Shown here in pieces: positions 21,298 to 22,622 of a DNA stretch of 22,622 nt. The position numbers and the translations under genes were made by a program. The notes beneath the pieces are model-generated. The model had not been told where the DNA came from and did not search any database. It saw only the letters and a program-made list of their open reading frames with translations. Each line of letters starts with the position of its first letter. The stretch's first letter is position 1. This stretch comes from Octopus sinensis (lineage: Eukaryota), in assembly GCF_006345805.1 (NCBI RefSeq), contig NW_021836747.1, forward strand, positions 1-22,622, given 5' to 3'.

Positions 21298-21713
21298 ATC
21301 TTTTACTTGTTTCAGTCATTTGATTGTGGCGATGCTGGAGCACCGCCCTTAGTCGAGCAAATCGACCCCAGGACTTATTCTTTGTAAGCCTAGTACTTAT
21401 TCTATCGGTATCTTTGGCCGAACCGCTAAGTTACGGGTACGTAAACACACCAGCATCGGTTGTCAAGCCATGTTGGGGGACAAACACGGACACACAAACA
21501 TATACACACACATACATACATACAAATATATATATATATATATATATACACGACGGGCTTCTTTCAGTTTCCGACTACCAAATCCACTCACAAGGCTTTG
21601 TTCGGCCCGAGGCTATAGTAGAAGACACTTGGTCAAGGTGCCACACAGGGTGACTGAACCCGGAACCATATGGTTGATAAGCAAGCAACTTACCACAAAG
21701 CCACTCCTACGCC
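21298..21713 (-). mobile_element. Full-length, well-preserved tRNA-derived SINE with internal microsatellite
   Basis: The minus strand starts ggcgtaggagtggctttgtggtaagttgcttgc...ggttccgggttcagtc (tRNA-like head), has a central (TA)/(TG) tract and ends ...ctgaaacaagtaaaaga. At least four related copies occur in the window. Confidence 0.85.
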
Positions 21714-21957
21714 TATATTTAAGGAATTACATAAAGAAATTATTCAAGATGTTAAGAAAATAACTCAGAATTATAAAGAAAGAATTTATAACAAATTTGT
21801 AATGAAGTAATTTAATATTGCAAGCTAACAATAAACCTATACTGTAATATATAACTAATTCTTGTAAGAAAATAACTGAATCTTGTAGAGAAATAGTTTA
21901 ATGCTGTAAGTTATCATATTCGTACTTCTTTCAGTTATAAAACATGGTGGAAAAGTG

Positions 21958-22187
21958 AAATATGTATATATATATATTTGCAGCTATGCATGCATGCATG
22001 CATGCATGTATGTATGTATGTATGTATGTATGTATGTATGTATGTATGTATGTATGTATGCATGCATGTATCTCTCGCGCTCTCTCTCTCTCACGCTCTC
22101 TCTCTCTCACGCTCTCTCTCTCTCGCTCTCACTCCCTCTTTCTCACTATATATATACGTTTATATATATTTATACATATGTATATGC

Positions 22188-22218
<31 letters not shown>

Positions 22219-22340
22219 AATATATATACATATATGCATAAATATATTTATGCGTATGTATATAAATATATTCCTGCGTATATGCATGTATATACATGAA
22301 TATATATATATATATTTATGCATATATATATATATATATT
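21958..22340. repeat. (TA), (GCAT), (GTAT), (CT) compound microsatellite
   Basis: Read directly from the sequence. Confidence 0.95.
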
Positions 22341-22622
22341 AATAAAAAGAATTCCAACCTTGTCTGATTCTCACGTTTTTAATTACAATCTTATAATGAT
22401 ATATTATAAGATAATATATTATAATTGAATAAAATAAAATGAAATAGTAGAATGTTAATATTCATTCTGATTGAACTGTACTTTCATGCATTGAATTCTG
22501 CAATCTTCGGGTTCATGTAGTAGTGTTGACAGTCATGCTTCACAATTTTTGACTGTAGCAAGATGATTGATTCTGTGCTATAAATACAGCTGGGTAGGCT
22601 CCAGAGTGCTAGGTTTTGCAAA

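Noticed and set aside
16999-22323. MYVC/IYIY/LSLS-type ORFs
   Set aside because: They are translations of di- and tetranucleotide microsatellites.

Overview
AT-rich, microsatellite-saturated eukaryotic DNA, most likely an Octopus (cephalopod) genome. This is an inference from the recurring tRNA-derived SINE families, Tx1-type LINE fragments and MITEs. Nearly all ORFs in the supplied track are artefacts of simple repeats. One real gene is supported, on the minus strand: the first coding exon of an eh1-containing homeobox repressor, most likely goosecoid (FTIDNILAPRP, poly-Ala, phase-1 GTAAGT donor at 15061). I could not find the homeobox exons in the window, so intron 1 would exceed 15 kb and the gene name rests on the eh1 context alone. 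Upstream lies a 424-codon Gly/Ser-, Gln/His-rich ORF. A single missing base in a (GTT)n tract at about 15595 separates it from the Gsc frame, and its stop overlaps the Gsc start codons. The putative intron holds two 5'-truncated Tx1-like LINE ends abutting (AAT)n tracts, a Buster-type hAT 3' end, a degenerate RT fragment, a MITE carrying telomere-like repeats, a hairpin MITE and many SINEs. The upstream region has several motif clusters that may be regulatory. I see no firm evidence of a new biological system. The best leads are the exon-1 frameshift/uORF arrangement and possible (ATT)n targeting by the Tx1 elements.
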